A DNA stretch of 64,000 nt from contig CBDBKE010000004.1 of NCBI GenBank assembly GCA_965206645.1, positions 1,248,001-1,312,000 of the forward strand. Direction: 5' to 3'. Position numbers and translations under genes: made by a program. Position 1 is the stretch's first letter, and the number at the start of each line of letters is the position of its first letter. This DNA comes from Terriglobia bacterium. GTDB lineage: Bacteria; Acidobacteriota; Terriglobia; JAJPHL01; JAPKYU01. Under the pieces are notes generated by a model. The model did not search any database, had not been told where the DNA came from, and saw only the letters and a program-made list of their open reading frames with translations. Below, in pieces: positions 19,511-29,614 of this stretch.

Positions 19511-19553
19511 GGCGTCCCCTGCGGGATTCGACCCGCGTTTCCGCCCTAAAAGG
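19511..19553 (-). other. Degenerate 3' half of tRNA-Glu, att-like scar
   Basis: Minus strand CCTTTTAGGGCGGAAACGCGGGTCGAATCCCGCAGGGGACGCC: T-stem GCGGG/CCCGC plus the GGGGACGCC acceptor strand typical of tRNA-Glu. Confidence 0.75.
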
Positions 19554-19618
19554 ACGCGTCTAGCAATCTAGCTGGAGTGCGGCCAGGACTAAAGGCAAGC
19601 GTCTCGGCCGCCACCGGC

Positions 19619-22220
19619 TCAGGGCACCACAGGGATGGTCACAGGCGGATCCGGGTTGGCGACAATCCCGTCCTGCGTGAGGACCAGCGGGACCGCACCG
19701 CCCGGCGCGGCCCGGCGACACGATTCAGATCTTCTGCACCGGCCTGGGGGCGGTGGATGTGGCAGTGGAGACGGGAGCCCCGGGTCCCTCGTTCAGCACC
19801 GTCGAGGTGCCGGTAAAGGTGACGATCGGAGGGATTGACGCTGCGGTAGCCTTCCAGGGTCTGGCGCCGGGCTTTGTGGGGCTCAACCAGGTGAACGTGG
19901 TGGTGCCCGCCGGCGTTACGCCGGGTTCTGGGCTGTCACCTGCTGGAACGAGGCGTCCAGGATGGCGGCGTTCTCGCCGGAGATGAAGATGCCTGGCTGC
20001 CCAGCAGCAATCAGGTAGTTCTGCGGCGCCGTCAGCAAGCCGTCCACGGTGATGGCGACTGGAACGCTGTCGCCCGTGCTCACCTCAAACGGCAGCTGCG
20101 CGTTAATCTGCCCCGGGCCCACGAAAAACAGCGGTGCGTCCTGGTTGCCTACCCGCACGCTGACCCCGGCCAGCTCCCGCGGGAGCGGGAAGCCGGCAAA
20201 GTTGTTCTCGGTGGCAAAGCTCGCACCGAACAGGAAAATGATGCCGCCGCCAGACAGCGGCCGCCGCTTCGTGAAGCCGGCTCCTTCCACCACCCCGTCG
20301 GCAAACAACAGCGGCAAACTCGCATCCCCCGGTGCGGTGGCCGTCTCCACCGTAAAGGTGCGCTGCGCCTTGGTAAGGGTGGGATGCAGCGCCGCAAAGG
20401 CGACCGTCACCTCGTCCGCCGCGCTTACCGGCGTCCACGTGCCGCTGTAAAAACCGGTGCCCAGCGTGCGCAGCGGGATGTTTAAGCCTTCGACGGCTGC
20501 CACCAACGTGGCATTGTTCACCGCGGTACTGCAGTCGTCCACCACCAACGCGGTCAACACCCGGGGAAAGGAAACCGGCAGGCTCAGGCCACTTCCGATG
20601 GTCGTGGCCAGCAACTCCATCCCTTCCGGAGCGCACTGGGCCGCGCCGGGCAGACCCAGCGCCTGCGCCCGCAGCGCACTTCCCTGCTCCACCACAAGCA
20701 ACAACACTTCCACCTTTAGCTCCACCCCGAAGGTGCTCAGCATCCCACGATACAGGCCGAGGGGCAGCCCAGAAGGATTCGCTAAGACCGTGACCTCCCC
20801 TGGAGCGGAACCAGCCTGCCCTGTCAGGTTCAGCCAATTGCCACCGGAAGTGGTCGAGGCTATGAAGATATAAGAAAGCGTCCCGCCGCCGACGTTGCTG
20901 ATCGCAACGGTTTGAGCTGGCGGAGCCGGCTGGCCCTGTTCAGCCACAAACACCAGCGCGGTCGGGCTGATCTCGGCCGTTGCCGGGGTAGCGCCCGGCA
21001 CTGTCAAAAGCACGACCGTCACCACCTGTGGGTTGTTACTGGCCCCCGAGGCCGATACCGTCAGCAGCGCGCTGTTGACGCCGGAACCGAAGCTCGAGGG
21101 ATCGGCCGTCAGTTCGACAGAAGCGCCCGGGGCTCCAGCGGTAGCGGTTCCAGACTGGGCGGAAGCTGTCAGCCAGGAAGGCAGCACGGAAAGCGACCAG
21201 TTCAGCGTTCCGTCTCCTTCATTGGAAATGGTCAGCGTTTGCGATGGCGTAAGGGGTCCGCTGCTCACGCTTTGAAACAGGAACGCGGTCTGGCTCACCG
21301 ATAACCTGGCGCCAGCCGGCCGGACGACCACCGTCACTGGAAAGATCACCGTCGGGTTGCTGGTGACCGCAATCTCGGCCTGATACGTGCCTGGACCCGG
21401 CAGCTTGGTGGCATCCACCTGTCCTGTCACGCGCGACGGTTGATCCGGAGTGGCGCTACCCGACATAGGACTGATGTTGAGCCAGTCGGTCCCAGCCGAA
21501 CTCAGTAACGTCACGCTCGCGGTCCAGTTCACCACGTTGCTGACGCTTGCGATCTCGAAGGTGGGGATACCCTTGCTACTGGAACCTTGCAGGGCTGGAG
21601 TGCCCGGGGCCTGGACTTCGAAGCTGAAGCTCGGCATCTCCGTGGGTCCCGTGGTCAGGCTAATGGTTTCGGGAGAAAGACCCGGAGGGTCCGGAACAGG
21701 TGCAGGACCTCCTCCCTCGAAGGTGAGGTTGTCGAAGGCAAAGCGATCGGCTAGCTCTGCGTTGGGAAAGGTAATGATGGCCCGCTTAACGGGCGTGCCG
21801 GAATAGTTGAACTGTCCCTCTGAAAAGCTAACCAGGGGGCTTGTGTTCACTGGGGTAACGCCCAGGGACATCAATGCTGAATCAAAAAGCTCTACCGCGA
21901 ATCCGGGCGTTAAGGGATCGAAGGTAACTCGCGCCACGCCAAACTGAAGCGTCGCTGTGGGTACGTCGAAATCCAATGTCAGGATACCTGCTGCGCCGCC
22001 CTCTAGAAGTGGCGACTGAAGAAAGGTGATAGCCCCCGGACCTGTCTGGCCGAAAGTGGCATCGGTCCCGGTGTAACCAAGAAGTGACCCCCTTGAGACT
22101 CAGGCCATCCACTGGCTGAGGAGCCAACTCGTCGAAGGTCACTATTACTACTTGCGCCGAGGCACCGCTGCCAAGAGCGAGGATGAGTCCAACAAATAAG
22201 ATCAGACGTGACTTCTTCAT
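19619..22220 (-). pseudogene. Secreted BACON-repeat surface protein with Solibacter-type C-terminal domain (TIGR03437-like); +1 frameshift near 22080 and internal inversion 19701..19925
   Basis: Signal MKKSRLILFVGLILALGSGASAQ at 22220; frame continues GYTGTDATFG..LDFDVP after one extra base; WL.. BACON-like repeats; QINAQLP and GLAPGFVGL.QVN C-terminal motifs; reconstructed stop at 19619. Confidence 0.85.
19701..19925. other. 225-bp segment inverted between 7-bp inverted repeats CCCGGCG / CGCCGGG
   Basis: The plus strand here is the in-frame continuation of the minus-strand gene and is colinear with paralog 53098..53320. Confidence 0.92.
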
Positions 22221-22472
22221 CTTGATGCTCTCCCTGTAACGAGAATCTCCGATCCGAGCTTTTTTCCGCCCCCAAGCATACGCCAGCCGCACTGCTGACT
22301 CAAGCGGGGAAACCCAGGGCCTCCGTCATCGACAGAATCGCACCCACATCGGACACTTTCGGGAGGCACACTGGGCAAGCTGTGTATATTGGATTTTGCA
22401 GACCCTAGAAGATCTCCGTGCCTTGCCCACCATGCGACCCTCGCAGCCGTTTCGCAGACGAGCAAAACGGAA

Positions 22473-24566
22473 TCATCTGGTCAGTTCGTCGGCGAGGGTT
22501 GGAGCGTCGTAGATTTTGCGGAGGGCCTCAAGGACAGCCTGGGCGCTAACGGAAACGGCACGGGCCTGGGTGTCGGAATACGCAAACTCGTTTCCCAGGC
22601 CTTGGATATTCGAGTCGAAGATGATGCCGACGACTTCGCCGTTGCCGTCAATGACGGGACTGCCCGAGTTGCCGCCGGTGATGTCGTGGGTGCTGACAAA
22701 GTTGAGGGGAAGGGCAAGGTTCAGTTTTTGCTTTCGAGCCAGCCAGCGCGGAGGCAACTCCCATGGCCGGAGGTTTTCATGTTCGGCGGCGCGCTGGAAA
22801 AGACCTCTGAAGGTACTCGCGTAGGGAACCTCCTGGCCGCTTTCCTGGTAACCCTTCACGCTGCCAAAGCTCACTCGGAGGGTGAAGGTGGCGTCAGGGT
22901 AGCCGGCGGTGCCTTCCAGGGCGCGAATCGCCTGGAAAAGTTTGGCATAAGCTTGACGTTTGCGTTCGTTACTTTCCTCGGCAATCTTCCTCAGCCGGCG
23001 CGCGGCAGGATCGACAGCCAGCGCCAATCCGATCATTGGATCCTCCGACGCTTTGACAGCTTCGAGGCCTCCCTCAGCAAGCTGGCGGCGAAAGGCAACG
23101 TCTTTCACTTTTGTTCCATCGACCAGCTCATAGGCTCGCTCCCTGGGACTTTTTCCCGCGAGCACCTTTTTCACCAGATCGTTCCCAGCACCGAGTTTCT
23201 CGACAAGTAGAGCCAGGGAGTCGCTGAGCGTGGTCACTTCCAGGTTTTCGTAGATGGGCGCAGGGGAGAAAAGGACCTGTTCGAGCGAAGGGATGTTGGC
23301 GTCGCTGTACTCCCGGAGTCGCTCGGCGTTGGGTTTTTCGCGCTCTGCCGTCAGGCGCACCAGGGTTCGCGCAATGCGGAAGAGCCGCGAGTAGAAACCG
23401 TAGCCACGCTCGAGCAATTGCCATTCCTGATTGATGCGAGCACGATCCGCTTCGGCCTGTGCGATCTCGTCCCAGCCGCTTCCGTAACGGGAGTGGAGTT
23501 CAGAGTTCTCTTGGAGACGGGCCCGCAGCGCAGCTTCGGACTCTTCTTTGACGCGCATAAAAACCGGGTCTTGGAGTTTTTGGAGGAAACCCGTGTAGGC
23601 CTTTCGGGCGTTCTGAACACTGAAAAGCCGCTTGTCGGCGATGCGGGCCTGTTCGGCACCTTCGAAGCTAAACTGCTGTAAGGCAATCTCAAACCTGCGC
23701 AGGAGGTTCAACAGGTTCGGATAGGAGGTATCGCGCAAGAACTTGATGGTGGCAACCGTGTCCTGACGCTCGGTTCGCCCCGGGTGCCCCGTCACGAAGA
23801 CGAGTTCTCCATCCTGAAGAGGTTCAGTGCGCCAGGCAAAGTAAGCCTCGGGAGTGACCGGCTTTCCCTGGTCGTAGGCGCGAAAGAGTGCAGCATCTAG
23901 AGTGAAGCGGGGAAACTCGAAGTTGTCCGGGTCGCCACCAAAGCGGGCCGCGTCCAGCTCCGGAACAAAAACGAGCCGTACGTCGGTGTATCGCTTGTAG
24001 CAGTAGAGGTGATAGCGGGCACCGTGCCAGAGGGTGACGACCTGGCATTCAAGGCCGGTGTTTTCGGATTCGGCACTTTCAAGCGTGTTCATCAAAGCGC
24101 GGCGGGCGGGGCTGGCCTCGGAGGGGGCCATCTCGGGCTCCACGGAAGACTCAACCTTCTGGGTGACGTCGCGAATGGTTTGTAAAACATTCAGTTCCAT
24201 GTCAGGGCACTTTTTTTCCTTGACCTGGGTGGTGGCGACAAAGCCGTTTTTTACCAGGTTGTCTTCCTCACTGCTCAGCTTCTCGACGCAATCGAGAGCA
24301 ATGTGATGATTGGTGAAGACCAATCCTTGAGAGGATACAAAGGAGCCTGAGCCGTTGGGGAAGCGTACCGAGGCGTGCTGGAGGAGCTTGAGCCATTCAG
24401 GAGTGGGTGAAAAGCCGTAGCGAGTTTGCAGGGTCTCGAGTGGGAGCCCACCTGGCAGATACATCCCCTCCTCAGCCGATAATGGCAGGCATCGAATGCC
24501 CCAGAGGAGTGAGAAAGCCGCTAAGAATGTTCCAATAGAAATTTTTGATTTCAACTTTTGCTCCAC
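22473..24566 (-). CDS. S46 dipeptidyl peptidase (DPP7/DPP11 family)
   Basis: Signal peptide then EEGM; SGSFVS, TNHH, DITGGNSGSPV. Confidence 0.93.
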   Translation of the reverse strand: MEQKLKSKISIGTFLAAFSLLWGIRCLPLSAEEGMYLPGGLPLETLQTRYGFSPTPEWLKLLQHASVRFPNGSGSFVSSQGLVFTNHHIALDCVEKLSSEEDNLVKNGFVATTQVKEKKCPDMELNVLQTIRDVTQKVESSVEPEMAPSEASPARRALMNTLESAESENTGLECQVVTLWHGARYHLYCYKRYTDVRLVFVPELDAARFGGDPDNFEFPRFTLDAALFRAYDQGKPVTPEAYFAWRTEPLQDGELVFVTGHPGRTERQDTVATIKFLRDTSYPNLLNLLRRFEIALQQFSFEGAEQARIADKRLFSVQNARKAYTGFLQKLQDPVFMRVKEESEAALRARLQENSELHSRYGSGWDEIAQAEADRARINQEWQLLERGYGFYSRLFRIARTLVRLTAEREKPNAERLREYSDANIPSLEQVLFSPAPIYENLEVTTLSDSLALLVEKLGAGNDLVKKVLAGKSPRERAYELVDGTKVKDVAFRRQLAEGGLEAVKASEDPMIGLALAVDPAARRLRKIAEESNERKRQAYAKLFQAIRALEGTAGYPDATFTLRVSFGSVKGYQESGQEVPYASTFRGLFQRAAEHENLRPWELPPRWLARKQKLNLALPLNFVSTHDITGGNSGSPVIDGNGEVVGIIFDSNIQGLGNEFAYSDTQARAVSVSAQAVLEALRKIYDAPTLADELTR

Positions 24567-24643
24567 TCAATATTCTACGCCAGCCGCCCCCTTGCTGGCA
24601 CGAACTATAACCAAACCGACTCTGGAACAGGCTATTGCAGTAT

Positions 24644-25219
24644 TTATTGCTGATCCGTCGCGCGGTGTGCAAAGCGAGCGCGAAGGGTTCTCACAAAAGC
24701 GTTATCGGCCGAGGAAGAAAGCATTTCGAGGGGCGAAAAGCCTTGCTGCCAAGCTACGTAGAACGTCGCCAAAAGCAGCACGAAGGTAATAAGAAAATTC
24801 GGCCAGGCATTCAGCGCCCATTGGCCTTCCCAGGTCCATTCCCAAGCGCGCGAGAAAGGCAAAAGGTAAGGAATCGGCCACTGGTAACCGTCCGGGCCGC
24901 GGGCACCGAGGAGATCACCCAGCAGGTGCAAGTGAAAACTCAAAAAGGCCAGCGCCGCAGTTTTCCACCGACGCGTGGCCAGGGCGAAGCTGACCGACGC
25001 CACCACGACAGCAAAAGTCAAGTTGTGAAATGTATGGTGATAGTCGGAGAACCAATTAAGAGGATGCGAGCTATTCTGCGTGAGGACTTCAGGGATGGCG
25101 CCTAAACCATCGATGTCGGGAATCACGCCGGCGACGCTTACCGCCGTGCGTTCACGGCGGTTCAAACCGCCAGTGTTGGCAACCATCCATCCCACAAGGG
25201 AATGGGTCGCTGGGCTCAT
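24644..25219 (-). CDS. YdjM-like membrane metal-dependent hydrolase
   Basis: MSPATH, PDID, HHTFHN, HLHLLGD motifs; TM segments. Confidence 0.8.
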   Translation of the reverse strand: MSPATHSLVGWMVANTGGLNRRERTAVSVAGVIPDIDGLGAIPEVLTQNSSHPLNWFSDYHHTFHNLTFAVVVASVSFALATRRWKTAALAFLSFHLHLLGDLLGARGPDGYQWPIPYLLPFSRAWEWTWEGQWALNAWPNFLITFVLLLATFYVAWQQGFSPLEMLSSSADNAFVRTLRARFAHRATDQQ

Positions 25220-25295
25220 CGGCGTGTCCTCGAGATTGCTGGGATAATTTTAGACTCGCATGGAGATATAAAGCCAACGAGCCCGCTGTTAGGCT

Positions 25296-26471
25296 TTAGA
25301 GCCTTAGGGTGCAGTCGACCCAAGTGCCGCCGGCTTGGCCCGATTGCAGTGCCGCCTCCATAAACCTCACGCCCCTTGCGCCGTCTTCCACGGTCGGGAA
25401 GTCGAGCTCTGGATCGGCTTCGGTTCCCGTTCGCCGAGCGGCGATCGCTTCGGCGGCGTCGGTGTAAAGGGTCGCGAAAGTTTCATGATAGCCTTCCGGG
25501 TGGCCGAACCCGGCCCGCGTCACTCTTTGGCTTGCCGGCAGCAAACCGGGGCCGCCTCGTTCCAGCACCTGAACAGGTTGTCCCACGGGAGCGAAGCGCA
25601 AATGGTTGGGGAGCTCCTGATACCACTCCAGCCCGCCTTTTTCACCGTGAACGCGGATCATGAGACCATGGCAAGCGCCGGCGGCAGCCTGAGTAGCCCA
25701 CATCATGCCGTGGGCTCCGTTGTCGTAGCGCAACAAGAAGGCAGAATAGTCGCAAAACTTGCGTCCCGGCACGACGGCGTCAAGATCGGCGCACAACCGG
25801 CTCAGCTTCAGCCCCGTTACGTACTCAGCCAGGTGGTGGGCGTGAGTCGCGATGTCGCCTACTACATAAGGAGCTCCAATCGCATCGGGGTCCATCCGCC
25901 ATGAACCGCGCCACAGGTCCTCCACCCACCTTATGAGATGTCCCTGGACGTATTCGGTTTGTACGATGCGGATCTCTCCCAGCGCGCCGGCCTCCACCAT
26001 TGCTTTTGCCTGCCGCACCATCGGATAAGCGCTGTAGTTGTAGGTCACACAACAAACGAGCCCGCTGTTGCGTACCCGGCGGACCAGGTCAACTGCGTCC
26101 TCTACCTTGGTAGTTAGCGGCTTGTCACAGATAATGTCGACGGTGCGGTCTATTGCGGCTCTACATTGCGCGTAGTGACTCCCGTTCGGCGTCATAATAG
26201 CCAGGACTTCGATACCGTCCTTCCGTCCGGCCTCGCTGTCCATCATTTCCTCAAACCGGCTGTAGGCTCGATCTTTGGGCATCCCGATGTCCCTTCCGGC
26301 GGCCCGCGAGCGTTCTGGATTCGACGACAGCACGGAGGCGACAACCTCGTAACGGTTGTCGAGCCGTGAGGCAACTCGATGGATCTCACCGATGAAAGAG
26401 CCGGGGCCACCGCCCACCACGCCTAGGCGCAGGCGCCGACCAAGCTTGCCAATCACGGGATTTCCTTCCAT
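25296..26471 (-). CDS. Gfo/Idh/MocA-family oxidoreductase
   Basis: GGGPGSFIG, TPNGSH, CDKP, GDIATH, GHPEGY; RBS before ATG 26471. Confidence 0.92.
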   Translation of the reverse strand: MEGNPVIGKLGRRLRLGVVGGGPGSFIGEIHRVASRLDNRYEVVASVLSSNPERSRAAGRDIGMPKDRAYSRFEEMMDSEAGRKDGIEVLAIMTPNGSHYAQCRAAIDRTVDIICDKPLTTKVEDAVDLVRRVRNSGLVCCVTYNYSAYPMVRQAKAMVEAGALGEIRIVQTEYVQGHLIRWVEDLWRGSWRMDPDAIGAPYVVGDIATHAHHLAEYVTGLKLSRLCADLDAVVPGRKFCDYSAFLLRYDNGAHGMMWATQAAAGACHGLMIRVHGEKGGLEWYQELPNHLRFAPVGQPVQVLERGGPGLLPASQRVTRAGFGHPEGYHETFATLYTDAAEAIAARRTGTEADPELDFPTVEDGARGVRFMEAALQSGQAGGTWVDCTLRL

Positions 26472-26633
26472 TGTCTCCCTACCGGCGAAATCCAGCGCGC
26501 AGCCATTGCCAAGCCGGACTGGTTCGCTGGTAAAACCACGCCCCGCCGAGGTGGCAGGATAAATACGCGTTCCGCACAAAACTTCTGGTCAGGGAAATGT
26601 CATCATGCATTGCGGAGGCTTCGAACCGATGCT

Positions 26634-27893
26634 TTATTTCAAATACTTTTCTGCGGTACGACGAAACATGGAAGCATGTTTTTCCACCGCCTCTAAATCA
26701 TCGGTGACAGTCAAACCAAACCCGGAACTTAGGCCTGGGTCGCGCACGCCAATACTAATGTTCAACGACCGTGCTAATAGGGCGTCCGTTTGCGGCAGCA
26801 TTCCCTTCCAGTAGCGAATTTCCTTTCCATTCTTAGCGTAATACTGGAAACAAGTGAACGGATATTGAACGGCATTAGCCGTCCGCAGCTCCATGAGCTG
26901 CTCCATATTGTTATAGACATGCCAGCCCGCCTCAGCCGCTACTTTGGTCTTTAGCTCCTTGGCTATTTTCTTGGCAACTTCCGCTGTAGGGAGGATAACC
27001 GTCAGCATGGTTGCTAAATCGCCTTCTGGATCGAGAACCTCCCGGAACTCGAGGCCAGGTAGGTCACTGATCAGTTCCTTATATCGCTTCTTGTTAGCTT
27101 GCAGGCGGCTCACGATATGAGGAAGTTTTCGGAACTGGGCTAAGAGGACTGCTGCCTGCAGCTCAGTGAAGCGAAAATCGAGACCGAAAAAAGGGCGCTT
27201 CCCGATTTCGACGCCTGTGCGCAGTGGGGAGTGGCCCTGATCGTGGAAGGCGAAGCATCGTTTGTAAAGCTCTTCATCATCCGTGATGACCATGCCCCCT
27301 TCACCCGACGTGATGGTCTTGTAAACATTGAAGCTGAGGGTTCCTACCTTGCCGACGGACCCGACAGGGCGTCCCTTCGAGGAAGCGCCAAAGGCCTGGG
27401 CGCAGTCCTCAATCAGAACCAGGCCGTGCTCGTCCGCAATCGCCTTGAGTTCGTCCAGCCGAGCCGGGTTTCCCATCATATGTACGGCCATAATGGCTTT
27501 TGTGTGTGGAGAAATCTTTGCTCTGACGTCTCCGGGATCAAGATTGAAGGTCCGATCAATTTCAGCCAGTACCGGGATGGCTCCTGCATAGACGATTGAC
27601 GAAATACTGGCTATGAACGTGAAACCCGGCACAATGACTTCGTCTCCCGGGCCAATCCCCAACCCACACAGGGCCGTCAGCAGAGCTGACGTTCCGGAAT
27701 TGACAGCTACGGCATAGCGAACCTTGGAGTATTTCGCTATCTCCTGCTCGCATTGATAAACCTTGCCCTGAAATCTGGGGTCCACTTGCGCGCCCAATGA
27801 GATCCCATACCGAAAGAGGTACCCCCCTCTCATTACCTCCAACACTTCCTGGACTTCCTCTTCCCCGATGAACTCCATTCCAGGTCCCGGCAT
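26634..27893 (-). CDS. DegT/DnrJ/EryC1/StrS sugar or cyclitol aminotransferase
   Basis: NSGTSAL, GPGDEVIVP, EDCAQ, SFNVYKT..GEGG; AGGAG RBS before ATG 27893. Confidence 0.92.
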   Translation of the reverse strand: MPGPGMEFIGEEEVQEVLEVMRGGYLFRYGISLGAQVDPRFQGKVYQCEQEIAKYSKVRYAVAVNSGTSALLTALCGLGIGPGDEVIVPGFTFIASISSIVYAGAIPVLAEIDRTFNLDPGDVRAKISPHTKAIMAVHMMGNPARLDELKAIADEHGLVLIEDCAQAFGASSKGRPVGSVGKVGTLSFNVYKTITSGEGGMVITDDEELYKRCFAFHDQGHSPLRTGVEIGKRPFFGLDFRFTELQAAVLLAQFRKLPHIVSRLQANKKRYKELISDLPGLEFREVLDPEGDLATMLTVILPTAEVAKKIAKELKTKVAAEAGWHVYNNMEQLMELRTANAVQYPFTCFQYYAKNGKEIRYWKGMLPQTDALLARSLNISIGVRDPGLSSGFGLTVTDDLEAVEKHASMFRRTAEKYLK

Positions 27894-28081
27894 TTGCAAT
27901 ACTCTCCTTTGAGCTCTTTCGACCCCCTGCCAAACCACGCGCAGTAGAGCAATTTTGCCCTAAAAGCGGCCTTAAAAAGCCATCCTACCCTAGACCGGAA
28001 CCCAAGCTGCGGTCAACGTTTTTCGGCCCAGGGTGCCGCTCGAAAGGTAGCTGCGCCGGCGCTGGAGGTAATACGGGAATG

Positions 28082-28429
28082 TCAGGGAGGGCTCGGAAAC
28101 GTAATGCCTCACAGGTTTTCCGCCTCGCGGAGTTCCACGCCGAATTCAAAATTTCCATTTTCGTTGCGCTTGATCTCACACCAAATAACTTTGCCGATCC
28201 CGCTTCGCTCCTCTGAGGGCAGCACGGTGACAATTACTTCCTGATTCACATTCAAGGCCTGCTTGCCCTCGATTCTGGCGCCCTGCTTACCTAGCACGAG
28301 CGTCCAGGCAACAAGAGTCCGAAACGTGCCCTTCTCCTCCTTGATTCCCAGTCGTACCGGAACACGCATGGGAACGCGGGTACTTCGTCGCGCCCCTAAG
28401 CTTAGATGGTCAGGGGTCATTCCATCCAT
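28082..28429 (-). CDS. PilZ-like domain protein; probable premature TGA at 28109..28111
   Basis: RRSTR motif, G.VIW, FGVEL; reading continues ENL*GITFPSPP where a W-G-x-x-F-P tail is expected. Confidence 0.65.
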
Positions 28430-28567
28430 TCTAGCATCTCCATCTCTGGTCGGCTCTCACAGACCGGCGCACGAGATTGGAGCAACCTGGCTTTATCTTG
28501 ACCGATCAGCTGGCGCAACAGTCCAGGGACCCGCGAAGCGGGACCGGACGTTTATTGAACGAGACTA

Positions 28568-28945
28568 TTAGACTTCCCAGAGGTCTACGATGCGGGAGGT
28601 GGTGACCAATTCGCCGTCCGCCGGCGCAAACTCCAGATGCATTCCCCGGCCGATGAAGCCCAGCTTGATCATGGAGCCCCCCCAGGTGGAACCGTGAATG
28701 CAGGCCGGACGCGGGGAGGGGCAAAACTCGGGATGGCCAGAGATCAGCACTTGGCCTTGCCCCTGATTCAAGATGCGGTACCGGCGATTCTGGGTCTGCA
28801 ATTCCAGAGTTGCTCCTTCTGGTAGAGCGTTCAAGTAGACACCGCCCTCAATTTCCGACTGGATGATGTTGCGGTTAATCTTCTTGCTCAGACCCGGATG
28901 GGGGGCGAATAGCCTGGGCCCGGGCACGATGCCAGTGTTCATCAC
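28568..28945 (-). CDS. Conserved hypothetical protein
   Basis: Well-formed ORF with [35 protein letters not shown] blocks. Confidence 0.65.
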   Translation of the reverse strand: MMNTGIVPGPRLFAPHPGLSKKINRNIIQSEIEGGVYLNALPEGATLELQTQNRRYRILNQGQGQVLISGHPEFCPSPRPACIHGSTWGGSMIKLGFIGRGMHLEFAPADGELVTTSRIVDLWEV

Positions 28946-29052
28946 GGCAATTATACCCTATGGGACTCTTGGACAGCTACCGTGTTCGTTTCGGCATCGA
29001 GCTGCGGGCCTGGTATGCCAAGAAAAGTAAAGGCGGGGTCAGAGTGGGGGTT

Positions 29053-29298
29053 TCAAGGAGAGTTAGCGGGCAGTCGACGCCGAAGCTTGCGCCGTCTCCA
29101 TCCGGCGCGGGCATTTCGCGCCGTCGCCCGCAGCCGGCGCGCCCAATGGAAATGCCGGCTCAGCAGAGCCAGGCCAGGGACCAGGAACAGCCACCCCGGC
29201 ACGATCGGCAGCAACAAGCCCGCCAAGCCCAAACCAACTAGCACAAGTCCACCCGCAATGCGTACAGGGGCTCGAAGCATGATTATCGGCGAGCGCAC
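29053..29298 (-). CDS. Small membrane protein (PGPGW-domain-like)
   Basis: GLAGLLLPIVPGWLFLVPGLALLS..F.WA pattern. Confidence 0.7.
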   Translation of the reverse strand: MRSPIIMLRAPVRIAGGLVLVGLGLAGLLLPIVPGWLFLVPGLALLSRHFHWARRLRATARNARAGWRRRKLRRRLPANSP

Positions 29299-29561
29299 GG
29301 CACAGATTGCACCCGCCGGGACTGGCAGCGGGCGCAGTAATCTGCGTAAGGACGCTTCAACAGCTCGCTCCTAGGGATCACCAGAAAGCAGCCGTGGCAG
29401 ATGCCATAGGTACCCTGGTTGATCCGCTCCAGGGCACCTTCGATTTGTTGCAACAGCACCGAGCGCTTCGGCGTTCTGCTCCGGCGCAGTGCCGGTCGGC
29501 TCACTTGAACTTTTAGTTTAGCCAATGCCGACCTGAATTCGCCAGCAGTATCTAGGTTCAT
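29283..29561 (-). CDS. TraR/DksA C4-type zinc-finger protein
   Basis: ALERINQGTYGICHGC-x17-CARCQ; the start at 29561 lies 53 bp from the IS end. Confidence 0.75.
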   Translation of the reverse strand: MNLDTAGEFRSALAKLKVQVSRPALRRSRTPKRSVLLQQIEGALERINQGTYGICHGCFLVIPRSELLKRPYADYCARCQSRRVQSVPCARR

Positions 29562-29614
29562 TGCTGTCGCTCGCCGGGTTTCCCGTAATGGGAAGAGTAA
29601 TTTAGTAGTCTCCA

